IMG/VR virus record: IMGVR_UViG_3300045988_174813 | Direction: 5' to 3' (one strand) | Length of the DNA: 64,000 nucleotides | From: a virus | Shown: positions 27,216 to 40,112 of the stretch, piece by piece | How the letters are laid out: every line of letters begins with the position of its first letter | How positions within the stretch are numbered: the stretch's first letter is position 1 | The notes under the pieces: model-generated | Databases searched by the model: none | What the model was told of the DNA's origin: nothing | The model's input: only the letters and a program-made list of their open reading frames with translations | Position numbers and translations under genes: made by a program

Positions 27216-27250
27216 CGGTATTGGTTAAGAACAATACCGTCATTTTTATT
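27214..27250 (+). terminator. rho-independent terminator/attenuator just upstream of the tape measure gene
   Basis: GACGGTATTG-N8-CAATACCGTC followed by ATTTTTATT. Confidence 0.75.
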
Positions 27251-27262
27251 GGGTGGTGAATT

Positions 27263-30200
27263 ATGGCACAGAATACGTTAGAGATTGTTGCGAAAGTAAG
27301 GGCTGATACTACAGAGGCTCAGAAGAAATTTTAGCAACTGTTTGCAGAGTTTAAGAATTTTAACATAGATTCACGCGCAGGAACAGAAGTAGCAAAAAGT
27401 TTTGAATAGGTCAATAAAGCCCTTGATAAATTGTCTATGGCTGGCAATAATATTGCTGGGGGCAAGGCTAGTGTAGATTAGCTACAAGCACTGTAGCGTG
27501 CAAGTATAGACGTCGATAAAGCAATTGGCAATTTAAATCATACTTTAGGTAAGATTAGTGGGTCTAGTTTTAATTTTGATATAGATACGCCAGCAATTAC
27601 AAAAACAAAATAGGAAATTGAATCACTTTAGAAAACTCTTTCTGGGTCGTATGTTGACGCTTTAGAGAAAGCCAAACAAGCTTAGATAAAACTTTCTGCA
27701 AGTGGCTATGAGAAACCTATTGGGGGCTATTCTGATTTACTTGATGCTCTTTCGGCGCAAGATTTTGATAAAGCAAAACAAAATCTTACAAAGTTAGAGA
27801 ATAATATTGATATAACTGCGAACTAGATTGGTGCAAAAATCTAGAACCTAAAAACTTCTATTGAAAATTCTGTAAAAAGCAAAGAGGGCACTTTAGTTCC
27901 TTTTGAAACATTTCGTAACGATATAAAGTCTGCTTTAAATAAGGTTAAAGCAGATTTAGATGATTTTAATCAATCTATTGAGAATACTGCGAAAAAAAAT
28001 GATATTTTTACGAATTTTCTCGGGAAACTGGGCGATAATAAAGGGGTTGAAGAATTAAAAAGCTAGCTAGAAGAAGTAAAACGCACTTTAGCTAATTTCA
28101 CTCTAAAAGACGCCACAAAACTGAAAACCCAACTCGAATAGATTTGGGAAACATATACAGACACTAAACGTCCAGACAGCATCTCTGCATAGGCATGGTC
28201 GGGTTTTGGTCGTGCTTTTTAGACACGAATGGGAGATGGCGGTGCTTTCCAAGAACTAATTCAATCTGGAGAGAGGGCATCATAGATAGTTGATAATTTA
28301 AAAACTAAATTAAGTTCTTTTATGGGTGAAGCTGCAAATTTAAAAATCAAGGGCGACTTTACTAATATGGTTAAAGGGCTTAATTTAGATAATTTAGATA
28401 TAGGCAATTTTGACCAACTAATTGATCAAAAAATATAGAATATTAAAAAGTCTATTGCAAATTTACGCATAACTTCTAGTGATGCTTTAACTATAAAGGA
28501 TTAGGAAAAATAGCTTGCCGCGTTGCAGAATTTTAAGACTGCTATTCACGATGCTTTTGGACAGACAACCTAGAATTTAGTGACAGATACTCGTGATAAA
28601 CTACAGCAAGCATTAACAACACTTAGCGGACAAAACCAGGAGCGAGCGTAGGGCGCGCTAGAAACATTTCAGTAGTATTTTCAAACAGTATCCTCTACAG
28701 GAGATAATCTCCTTGGTGCTACTAGCAGCATAGAAACAACTACTTAGGCGATAATAAGATAGAAAGAAGAACTAAGTCAGGTAGTTTCACGTTTTGCTTA
28801 TTTTGGAACCGCTGCTGGTATCTTGAGAACCTTTAGTAGAGTTGTTCGTAGTGCTTTCTAGTCAGTAAAAGAGTTAGACGAAGCAATGAATAATATTGCA
28901 GTCGTAACAGATTATACAACAAAAGATTTGTGGAATTAGATTGATGCATATACTGCCATGGCTCAAGCTACAGGTTCTACAATCAAGGGCTCTTATGAGG
29001 TCGCACAATTATATTACCAGCAAGGTCTTACTGATGCAGAGGTAATGGCGGCTACGAATGAGACACTTAAAATGGCTCGCATTTCAAATATTGATTATGC
29101 GGCAGCGACTGACTATGCGACAGCGGCAGTCAAAGGATTTGGATTGGCTTACCAAGACTTGGCGCATATCAATGATGTGTATTCTAACCTTGCGGCAAAA
29201 ACTGCGGCGGACACCGAGGAAATATCTATTGCTATGAGTAAGGTGGCTTCCATTGCACATAGTACTGGTATGGAATTAGAGACTACAGCAGCATTCTTGA
29301 CATAGATTATCGCCACAACACGAGAGGCTCCTGAAACTGCTGGTACGGCATTGAAGACAGTTATTGCAAGATTTGCTGAAGTTAAAAAGTTAATTTCGCA
29401 AGGAGAAGTTACAGGTACTGACGAAGAAGGTACTGAAGTTAGTGTAAATAAGATTGAAGAGGCATTAAAAACTGCTGGTGTTGCATTACGTGATACTACT
29501 GGTTAGATGCGTGATTTAGATGATGTATTTATTGAACTTGCTTCTCGTTGGGACAGTTTGGATACTATGTAGCAGAGATATATTGCTACTTAGGCTGCGG
29601 GTTCGCGCCAGCAAAGCCGTTTCTTGGCAATGATGAATGACTATGAAGGATTGCAAGAGACATTGGGCTATGCTATGGATAGTGCGGGTGCATCACAAGA
29701 ATAGTTTAATAAGACATTAGATAGTTTGCAAAGTAAGTTAAATAATTTATCTAACGCCTGGACAGAATTTACTACTGGTATTGCTAATTCTGCGGCTATA
29801 AAAGGTACGGTTGATATTCTTACCAAAATACTTGATGTTATAAATGATTTGACTGGCGCACTTGGCAATTTCGGAGGAACTACTTCGAAAATTTTATTAC
29901 TTTTTAGCGGATTGAGATATGGCACTGGTGCAATGGGGAATATATTGAAATTGTTAGGAGTGCCTACAAAAGTTCCAACTATAGGAGATTAGTGGAGTAC
30001 TGGTTTTGGGAGCATTTTTAATGGTCTAAAAGCCGTAAAAAGTAGTAAGCTTGTTCGCACCCAAGAAGTATTATTTGCTCAAAATGAACTAGCCGGTTTT
30101 GAAAGAATGCGCAGTTCATTGGCACAGCAGCTTTTTGCCGCTGAAGATGCGGGCGATATTTTAGGCGCACAAAAATATGGTAAATCATTAGAAGAGTCGA

Positions 30201-33200
30201 ATGCCGAATTACTTGTTTTATAGACAAATTTAGCAAATGCATCAGCAGCCGCCGGAAGCGCGGGGGCGAGCTTTAAGGCCTTTTGGGGCGCATTATCTGC
30301 TCCAGCAAAAGTGTCTGTTGTAATTGCGGGGTTGACTGCTGTAGTTGCTATTATTTAGTTATTCGCAAAATGGATAAAAACTGCAAAAGAGCGAGCAGAA
30401 GAATTTTAGCAACAAATCCAAGACCTGACTTCGATGGCGCAAGAGCTTAATGATTTAGAATCTACCCTTAGAGACTACTAGAGCTATAATGAGGGGATAA
30501 AAAATAAGAACGGCAAGGTAGTTGAGCAAGATTTTTCCACTTTGGTAAAAGGGGTTGGGACATATGGTCAAAATCTTACTCTTACCACAGATGAGTATGA
30601 TAGATATCTAGAAATTTGTGATGCCATTATTGCGAAAAATCCGAAATTGGCGGAAGGATATGATAGTAATGCCGAAGCTATTGCTAACAATAAAGAAGCA
30701 TTAATAGAACTAATTGCAGAGTAGCAAAAGTAGATTCAAACGTAGGGAAAATAGATAAGCGCCCAAATGGATGCTAATTTTTTCAAAAACACTAAAGGTC
30801 AAGCAAAAACTTATTAGAATGAGATAAAATAGGCTAATCAAGATAAAGCTATGCTTGGTGCCGAAAATCTTGGAGACATTTGGAATAAGGCTGGTATATC
30901 ATTCAAAGACTTCAATCTGTTTGGTCGAGCGATAGATGTTAACTAGACTTCCTTATCGGGTCTTATACAAAATTATGATTATTATAGGGACCAAATTAAA
31001 TAGAGACTTAAAGATAAAGATAAGTAGGAGAGAGCACTGTTAGCTCTTCAAACTTATTAGAGCTATTATAATAATGAGATGGAAAAATATGACTCTGTAA
31101 TAGATAACGCTAATTAGGGATTAGAAGACTAGAAAGATACTATAAAGGATATGTATATAGCAATGCTTCCTGGTATTGATGGATGGACTGAATTGTCAGA
31201 TGCTCAGCAATCTTTTATAGAGCAAAGTATTAGGAACCAAGATGTAAATATTTTTGATGCGGGTTCAATGAGCCGGTAGAAACAAGAAATCAAAAACTCT
31301 GTGGAAGAAATGTAGGAAACTTTTAAGATTAAAATTCCTGTTTCTTTTGGGGAAGAACCATCAGTAAATTATAGTTTTGGGGATATAATTGAGGAGCTTG
31401 GTTCTGGAGAATTTTAGTCATTAGGAATAAATGCTGGACTAGAGTGGCTTGATGGATTTTATTAGGCAATATTGAGTTATGGTGAGAAACATACAGATGC
31501 CCAACAATCTATAATGAATTTATTTGGTTTTTCTGGAAGTTGGGAAGATTTTGGCAAATTGGGAGCAAGCGGCTTTGCAGAGACAACTTATGGTTCTTCT
31601 TATACTGATAGAAAAGATGATATGCAAAAATTTGCTATGAAAAGACAAGAAGAGCGTTATGGCACATAGAGTTTACCATATACAGAAAGTGGGCTTGAGG
31701 GTACTGCATCAAGTTGGTATAATTGGCTTGCTGGACTAAGTGGCGATACAGCGAATATAATAATAGACCATTATAGTGAATTAGTTACAGCCCTAAATAA
31801 TAAAGGTGAAGAAGTTACTAAAAATACCTTAGAGCAGGCCGCCAAAGAATATCTAGATGCTGTTACTAATGTAGAAGAAATGATTAAAAAAGCGACAAAA
31901 GCTGGTTTGGATGAAGATAATATTAAGGCTGTTAAGGAATACTATGATGACTTATATAAAGACGAAGATATTGGTTCGTCCTTAACAACAGAGGTAGCAA
32001 TCAATGCGATAGCCTAGAAAGAAGCAGTTGATGAAATATCTTCAAGCTATGAGAATTGGGTTAGTTTATTAGAAGATGCTGGTAATGATATAGACCATCT
32101 AACTACAGATTAGATACTTGCTTTTGACGAAATGAGCGATGCGTTAAGAAAGCTTTTTGGATTAAATGAAAACTTTAAAATTAATAAAGATATTCTAAAA
32201 AGTCCAAAAGTTTTTGATTTAATGCAGAAAGCTGCTGAGGGAGATGCAGACGCAATAGAAGAATTAGGCGATATAATTAGTGAAGACTTTGGTAAGGCTA
32301 TCAATAAAACCGCTAAAGAACTTAATGAGGCTAATAAAGAAACAGAAAATTATACGCCAATTATGGAAGATTTAGCTGGAGGAATGGATCGGCTAGGCGA
32401 AATGATGCAAACTGGCGAATATCTTTCTTTTGCAGATATGGACCAAGGTATGTAGGACACTATTTCTGGTTTTTAGACTTTACTTGATGCTGGAGTGGCG
32501 ACTGTTGATTAGGTACAAGCATACGCATCTGCTAATGGTATTGTCCTTGATATTCAAGAAAGTGATGCTGAAATGGAAGATGTACCTGGTAAGATTAGTT
32601 ATGAAGCTAAAGGCGTTACCACATTAATGGGATAGGAGTATCCTTCAGAAATGACTATGACTGGTACTTCTTCAGTTCCTATGCCTAAAATTGTTGGAGC
32701 ATCCAAGCCTGGCAGTAGTGGTGGAAAGAAACCTTCTGGTGGTGGAGGCGGAGGCGGTTCAAAACCCACTAAACCCAAACAAGACCCCTTCTACAACTAC
32801 ATCAAAACCGTAGATGACTACAAAAAGCATCTCGAATCTCTCCAAGACGTCCAAGAGCTCCTCACCAAACCCGTTGATATCTTCAATAACACCAAAGCCC
32901 AAGAAGACTACTACAAAACTCTCCTTGGCTCTAACCAATCCTACCTCAATCACGTCAATTCCGAACTCGAACGTCTCCAAAAAGAAGCTCAATCTAAATA
33001 TTCCAAATACATCGAAGTATCTATTGACGGCTCTCTCCGTCTAACCGAAGAGTATTGGGCATCCACTGGTGATATCACCGAAGAACTTGATGAATGGATT
33101 GACGCTTATGATGACGTCCTTGGTCGTTAGAAAGACCTTACTGATGAAATCAACGATTATAAGAAAGAGCTAAAAGAACTTTGGGAAGGCTGGCGCGATA

Positions 33201-34321
33201 GTTTCATTGACCTCACTAATGATATTGCAGATGTGTTCCAAGAGCTTGATGAAAAATAGCTTGAAGACCGTCAAGAGTTTTATGAGAAGCTTGAAGAACA
33301 AGACCAACGCTATCTTGAAAGTGTGCGTAATAACATTGAGGAAGAACGTAAGGCGCGCGAACGTGCAAATAGTTTTGAAGACCTTCAAAAGAAGCAAAAT
33401 CGCTTAGCCCTGCTCCAGCGTGATAGTTCTGGTCGTTATGTAAATGATATTGCAGAACTTCAAGAAGAAATAAATTCCGACCAGCAAGATTTAGCTGATT
33501 AGAATGTGGATAATATTCTTGACACTCTTGAAAAGCAAATGGATAAAGATGCTGAGCGCCATCAAGATATTCTTGATGCAATGTAGAAGCAAATTGACAG
33601 TAATGTTGAAAATCGTATATACATTGAGCGCGCAGAGCAAACCATTGCGCAAGGCGAATAGGCTATTCTCGATGCCATTCATATGGGTGAGGATTGGCGT
33701 AATGCTTCTAACGCCGAACGTGAAAAGATGGATGAAGAGTAGGCTACAAATATTGCTGGGTCAAAGAACTATCTTGAAAAGTTGAATGAAGGTATTACTT
33801 CGTCTAGTGAGTATATATCTAAGATGGTTACAGATGCGCTTACTAAATAGACCGAAAGTCTTATTTGGACTATTGGTGATATTCCTCAAAATGATGAAGC
33901 CCATGTGGCACACGCAATGGAGACGACACTGCCTTCAATTCTTGAATAGTTCTTCGCGCGGACCAATACGGCCCAAGACATGGCAGATGACAATAAAGTT
34001 AGTGGTGCTAGATACGCTACAGGTGGTCTTGTAGACTACACTGGCCCCGCTTGGGTTGATGGCACTCCTGGTAAACCAGAAGCATTCCTCAATGCCAATC
34101 AAACTGCTATGATTGCTTCATTTACTGCTAATCTTGCAAAAATGATTTCTGGTAAATTCCCCTCTTCTAACGTAGAAGCAGGAAGTAATTGTGAAATCAA
34201 TATTGATATTGGTTCAATTGGCGCGGACTATGATATTGACCAAGCTATCAATAAAGTCAAACAAGAAATTGTAAATAGCGCGCAGTTCCGTAATGTAACA
34301 TTACTCAATCGCAGACGCTAA
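27263..34321 (+). CDS. tail tape measure protein, 2352 aa, dense in-frame TAG
   Basis: Track ORFs 28958, 29726, 30542, 31472, 32132, 32651 and 33980 are all in frame with the ATG at 27263, and breaks occur only at TAG. ORF 28958 (..AQLYYQQGLTDAEVMAATNETLKMARISNIDYAAATDYATAAVKGFG..) is the TP901-type tape-measure core. Ends in TAA. Confidence 0.85.
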
Positions 34322-34340
34322 ACACAAGGGAGGAAATAAA

Positions 34341-35414
34341 ATGAGAAATATTTACTAGAAAGACGACTATACAGGCTTTGTATATAATGGCATACATTCC
34401 TCTCAATTTGGCCTGTTTAGCGTCGCTAATGGGGACAGATACTCACGAGGTCTGTCCCCGACCTTTCAAGACCTGACACAATCTGTGCCAGGTCAGGATG
34501 GAACACACTACTTTGGAACACAAATGACGCAACGAGTTATTACATTATAGGTTGCTTTTGATAGTGTAACGGAGACAGAGTTTCATTAGTTAAAGCGCTG
34601 GTTGAATTGTGGCATCAAGCCACTCATTCTTGACGAGACGCCTTATATTCAATACTATGCAAAAATTCAAACCGCGCCAACCATATAGTTCGTGCCTTTT
34701 GAAGAAGATGTAGATGAACGGATATATAAGGGAGAAAGTACAATTACTTTTGTATGTTATGACCCATATGGATATTCTGTTTCTAAATGGCTAAGTTCTT
34801 ATGGCGTATATGGTGAAACTGGACTCTAGCCAGTGAGTTTATATAGTGAAAATGTGCGTGAATGGGCATTAGCAAGTAGATTACAACCGCGCCAGTCTAC
34901 AAAGCAATATACTATTGATACTTATCAAGAAGATAATGAGCTTAGTGCGAATGCATATAACGGGCTAATTACAATATATAATGCAGGAGATTTACCTGTA
35001 GATTATATATTGAATTTTACATTGTCTGATGCGGTAACTACTAGTCAAGAAATCAAAATCACACTGACTCATAACGACGTGACCATTGTTGAAAATGCTA
35101 TTGACTTTTCAGTTGCTTCAAATTTACTCAAAAAGGCAATGAAGAATGTTGATACTAATGCCATAATGGTAGGCATCAATTTTTCACTAGACACAAAGAA
35201 AAGATTACTTTTTGCCTCGCGCATATATACAGTTACAACCAATGGTGAAGTAGAATAGAAAGTTTCAGATAGAGTTATTGCGAACCATGCTTTGCGCGGA
35301 GACTTTTCAAAAATCCCGCTTTCAGAAAATAAAGATGATATGTCTTATATGTAGTTGAGTTGTGACAAGCCTATTAGCAAAGTAAGTATTGATTATCTAT
35401 ATAAATACTACTAA
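34341..35414 (+). CDS. distal tail protein (Dit, Sipho_tail-like), 357 aa with about 7 TAG
   Basis: GGGAGG SD; directly after the tape measure; N-terminus ..FVYNGIHSSQFGLFSV.. is typical of Dit; contains track ORF 34833 in frame. Confidence 0.7.
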
Positions 35415-35425
35415 GGAGGTGCCAA

Positions 35426-38400
35426 ATGGCATATACATATTATATACAAACTGGCATACAAACATATGATAGCACTACTGGCACCTGGGTTATCATTGAT
35501 GGAGAAAAAATTACTGCATCTACAACTAAATCAATATTATATTATAGCCTTGATGAAGATACAAATGAGATTTTAGGTAATGTTACAAATATTACAACTG
35601 AGTAGGCGAAAAGTAACCGAGTACCTAGAGTGCGGTATAACATAAATGTTGATAAAGTGCTTGGAAAGCTTACTGAAGCAGAACCTTATTTGACAGTTTA
35701 TGTTGATTATCTTCAACAATTCATTATAGATTACTATTATAAAAATGAGGAAGGCGCGCTAGTAAAAGACCAAGAATCTGGCATAAAGTATGTTGACTAG
35801 GGATATACAATTCGAAATACTTCGCGCCTAAAGGAAGAAACTTACTCTATATATACCAACATGAATGGAACCCAAACATTCCAAAAGAAATACTACTATC
35901 GCCCGATTGCAAAATGGATCTCGCAAACTGAAGATGATAGTACTATTTACAATGCTGGTGACCTTTATAATGGTAATGCCAATTTATCACTTGTGCTTGA
36001 TAATACAAGTTCTTATGTATTGCAAGGAAATTATATTGATGACATTCCGAATCCCAGTCGTGAACCGGATAAAGTTGCAAATGCAATTCTGGTAAAACTT
36101 TATCCCCAAGGTGGCGACTTAAGTTCAACGAGTGATTTAAAGTATATTGATGGCTATAAATCTTATCACTTTTTAGGATGGACAGACACACTAGGTGGTA
36201 TAGTTTTACCTGATGGATATTAGTTAGGTAAACTACCCAATGATGGAGATAGTCTTATTTTATATCCAGTTTGGCAAGAAAGTCCATGCTAGAGGGCCTT
36301 ACTCTCGGCGCAAAGTGATTTATCAAAGCCATCTGCTCCGACTCGCGCGGGCTATCGCTTTTAGATATGGTCCGCGCGCTCACAAGAAGAAAACTTGCCA
36401 ATACTTCAAGACAATACAACAGGAGTAGAAAATCCAGAGCCAATTCCTATCTTTGCTCTATGGCAGAGCGAACTAGAGTATGCCAATGAATATGAGCAGA
36501 CTATTCGTAAAGTACCCTATAAAATTGAAATATGGGAAGACCAATTCAATGAAGAAAACAATAGATGGGAAGAAATACGTTTGGTAACTCTTGGCGCGGA
36601 CACCATGGAGGATTAGGGACGCGCCTTCAATATCAAGTTCAAATAGACCGTATATGGTGAGTTGACGCTTACTTTCTCCCTCTATGGAACATATATTGAT
36701 AATCAAACAGGTCAGCGCGTAGAAAACTATCTTATGCCATATTGCTTCAATGAAGCCAAAGTAAAACTTTGGTATGATGGAGAGTGGTATGATTTTATTA
36801 TAAAAGATATTCAAGAAACTCATAATCAATAGTTTACTAAAACATACACTTGCTAGTATTTACCTATTTATGAACTAAGTAAGATTGGATATACTCAAGT
36901 ATTTAGCTTAGATAACCGTGATGGGAGCGGTATTCAAAGCGCGCCTGAATTTATGGAAAGTATTCTTGAAGATACTGAATGGCGTTATGTGTAGGCAGGA
37001 AGTGATAAAGTTCCTACTGTGGCAGACTTGGAAGTAAATCTAACTGAAACAAGTGAAGAAGTAGTTTATTCTACTGATGTAAAAGACGTAGAAAATGGAC
37101 GTATCAATTATGAAACCTACTCTATTGATGAAAATGGTATTTTACATCCTGGCATCAGTGGTACTATATCTAGTGGTAAGGTGTATATTCCATATAGTTA
37201 GCTAAATAAAGAAGGAAAGATTTTTGGTTGCTTTTCTGAGGGTCTTATTGAAGTTGATGGTGACCTAATTCTACAGCAAAGTTTGGTTACTTTCACAATG
37301 GACTGGGCACTATATCCTCTAACAGATTTTACTATTACAAAATTCACTGCGGAAGTCCCTAAAAAGAGTAATGTTAGTGAGTGGATTGAAGCATCTATCA
37401 AAGAAAATGATAGCACAATTGATACTATTAGTCAGTATTGCAATAAAGGTTCTTCTCCTAAGTATCCATCTTTATATTATCGTGTAAAGACTGCTACTAC
37501 AGATACAGCAATGACCTATTCATCTACTTAGGATAAAAAGCCGTGTTATTTTGGAACGATAGATAGCGTAACTTATGGTAGTGAAAAAACCAAACTTGCC
37601 AGTTTAGGTACAAATACTGTATTTGCCTTTACAAATGGAGATAATTTCTATACCTTCAAATTGAATTAGCTTACTGTCGCGAATGAACTTCCCTTAGGAA
37701 CAGAATATAGATATTATTTTACCGGTAGTACAAATAATTCAATGGTTGCTATTATTGGAGAAGTAGATAGTAGTGTAACCGCAGAGCAATGGGCTAGCAC
37801 GTCAGCCACTTCTGTAGTAGTAAATGGGAAAACGACTTATATTCTACCGCTTACTGGATTTACTGTGTCAGATAATCGTTTTGCTTCTGAGTAGGTATCT
37901 ACGGCTGTCTTTCTTAGTGCTTCTCCAAAGACCTACTACCAAAAATCAGGTTCTGCTGGAGATGAATATTATCGTCCTTACATTGATTTGGCTATTCCTG
38001 CAACAGCAAACTTTCCAACAAATTTTTATGAAGCTTCAATAAATACTGAAGGATTATCGGCAAATAGTAGTCAAGTTCATTCTATTCGGCAGTATTTTAC
38101 TCTCAATGGAAATACTGCTACTGTAGTTGGAACTGCGCCCGTCGATGAAACAGATGGATTTTATATAAAGGATGCTAATGGTCTATACTATTATGATACC
38201 GCAAATCTAAATTATACTCTTATTGCGCCGCCTACGTGGAAAAATGGGGGAGACCGTTATACTCGCGTATCATTTACTCAATTAGAGAGCTATATAATGT
38301 ACCGTAGTCTTGAAAGTTCAAATAGTAACTGTTTTGACCTTACTCAAAAAGTTGCCGAGACTTTTGAAGTTTGGTGTAAGTATATCATTGAGCATAATGA

Positions 38401-39769
38401 TGACGGTAGTATTGCTTATGATGATACAGACCAAATAACTCTTGAACCGCGCAGAAAAAAGTGGGTAACACTTACATCTTATGCGGGCGCAGAAAATCCA
38501 GTAGGTTTTACATATGGTATCAATCTCACCAATCTTTCACGTACCATAAAAACAGATAGCTTGGTTACAAAGCTTTATGTTGACTATAGTGAAAATAACT
38601 ATACTTCTGACGGCTATGTTGCTATTAGTGGTGCAGAGGATAATATAAGTAAGGAAAATGTTCTTTACAATTTTGATTATTTTATTCAAGTTGGCTTGCT
38701 TGAAAAGATGCAGGTATATAACGATTTTTATAAAATAGAGAGTAGTGAGGTGTCCGCGCAAGACCCATTAGAAATGAAGTGCGTAATTGAGGCTAATGGT
38801 AAAAATGGTCCAGGTTACCTTCGTTTGCTTGGCTTGCTGAATACTTAGTATGATAAATTGAGCGAACAAATAAATGGCGCAACAGGATACAGTTATCAAG
38901 CCATCCATTTGAAAGAAATGCTTTCTGCATATAGCTATGCTTCTGCTTTTACAGTAGATGCAACTATTACAGGGCAGGGGGTTGCTCCTTCAATTGGTAC
39001 TTCTACAACAGAGGATTAGGAAACGCTTTAGCGTCTCACTAAAGAGTATAATCGTGTTTCTGCATAGCTGGCCGCCGCGAAAAAGCAACTTGCAAAAATT
39101 GTGGCTCGTAAACAAGAGCTTGAACGTAAATTCAATCAACGCTATGCACGCTATATTCAAGAAGGTAACTGGACAAGTAGTGACTATATTGATAGTGATA
39201 GCTACTATGCAGATGCCTTGAAGGTTAGTAATGATGGCGCGAAGCCTAGTATCAATTATAACTTTACTGCAATTGACCTTTATGCATTACCAGAGTATAA
39301 AGATTATAAGTTCTGTATAGGTGACCGCACTTGGATAGAAGATACAGAGTATTTTGGTTATGAAGAGGATGGCACACCATACCATGAAAGTGTTATTCTT
39401 ACGGAAATAAATTATGACTTGGATAATGCATCTGCATCTACCTTTGCAGTATAGAATTATTCTAACAAGTTTGATGATTTGTTCTAGACCCTTTCTGCAA
39501 CGGCAAATTCATTCAGTCTCAATCAACAGATGTATGGGCGCGCGAGCAAGCTTCTTACTTCTGGCGGGTTGAATGATGAAACTACCCAGAAGAGCCTTAC
39601 ATCTAATAAAGAACTAACTCTTATGTCAAGTTCTGCTATTTAGTTTGATAATGATGGTATTATATTTACCAATGTAGCAAACCCAAATCAAATATTACGC
39701 ATAGGTAGTGATGGTATTTCAATGTCAAATAACGGTGGCGCGAGCTACGACCAACGCCTAATGTGGTAA
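35426..39769 (+). CDS. tail-associated/minor structural protein (Tal, prophage-tail endopeptidase family), 1447 aa, many TAG
   Basis: AGGAGG SD. Track ORFs 35861, 36395, 37019, 37283, 37988 and 39101 are all in frame. Segments such as ..IQEGNWTSSDYIDSDSYYADA.. are typical of Gram-positive siphophage minor structural proteins. Ends in TAA. Confidence 0.75.
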
Positions 39770-39779
39770 TAATTCACTT

Positions 39780-40079
39780 ATGAAAGAATTGACAACACTC
39801 TATCAAATTATCTATGATGATTTGAAAGATAGTGATATGCTTATTGGATATGCGAAAGAACTAAAAGATAGCAACAAATAGCTTGCGGATATTTATATGA
39901 CAGATGCTAAGAATAGGCTTGCGCATTCTCAATAGATGCATAAATAGTTTACCTCTATCGTTCAAGCAATGGGAGAGAATGGTGAGAAAGAAAAGGTGGC
40001 AGATTGTTTATGGGAAGCAACTCATAAACATTATATGGAATGGTTTGAAAATTTAGAAAATTGTATAAAGAAATGGTAA
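39780..40079 (+). CDS. hypothetical protein, 99 aa with 3 TAG, last gene of the rightward operon
   Basis: Single frame broken only by TAG; TAA followed by a strong terminator. Confidence 0.45.
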
Positions 40080-40082
40080 GAG

Positions 40083-40112
40083 AAAAGAGGACACTTTCGA
40101 GTGTCCTCTTTT
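40083..40112. terminator. bidirectional terminator at the convergence of the late (+) and replication (-) modules
   Basis: 13-bp stem AAAAGAGGACACT/AGTGTCCTCTTTT with TTCG loop, T-runs on both strands; abuts the ruvC-like stop at 40113. Confidence 0.85.

Noticed and set aside
26433-27262. Programmed -1 frameshift chaperone pair upstream of the tape measure
   Set aside because: I looked for two short overlapping ORFs with a slippery heptamer in this slot and found only one 260-aa TAG-containing ORF. It is reported as an open question rather than a feature.
13024-40079. Fragmented late-region ORFs as pseudogenes, frameshifted assembly or degraded prophage
   Set aside because: Every break is a single TAG. 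Consecutive fragments stay in the same frame. TAA and TGA appear only at sensible gene ends, with start/stop coupling. Random decay or indel errors would not behave this way.
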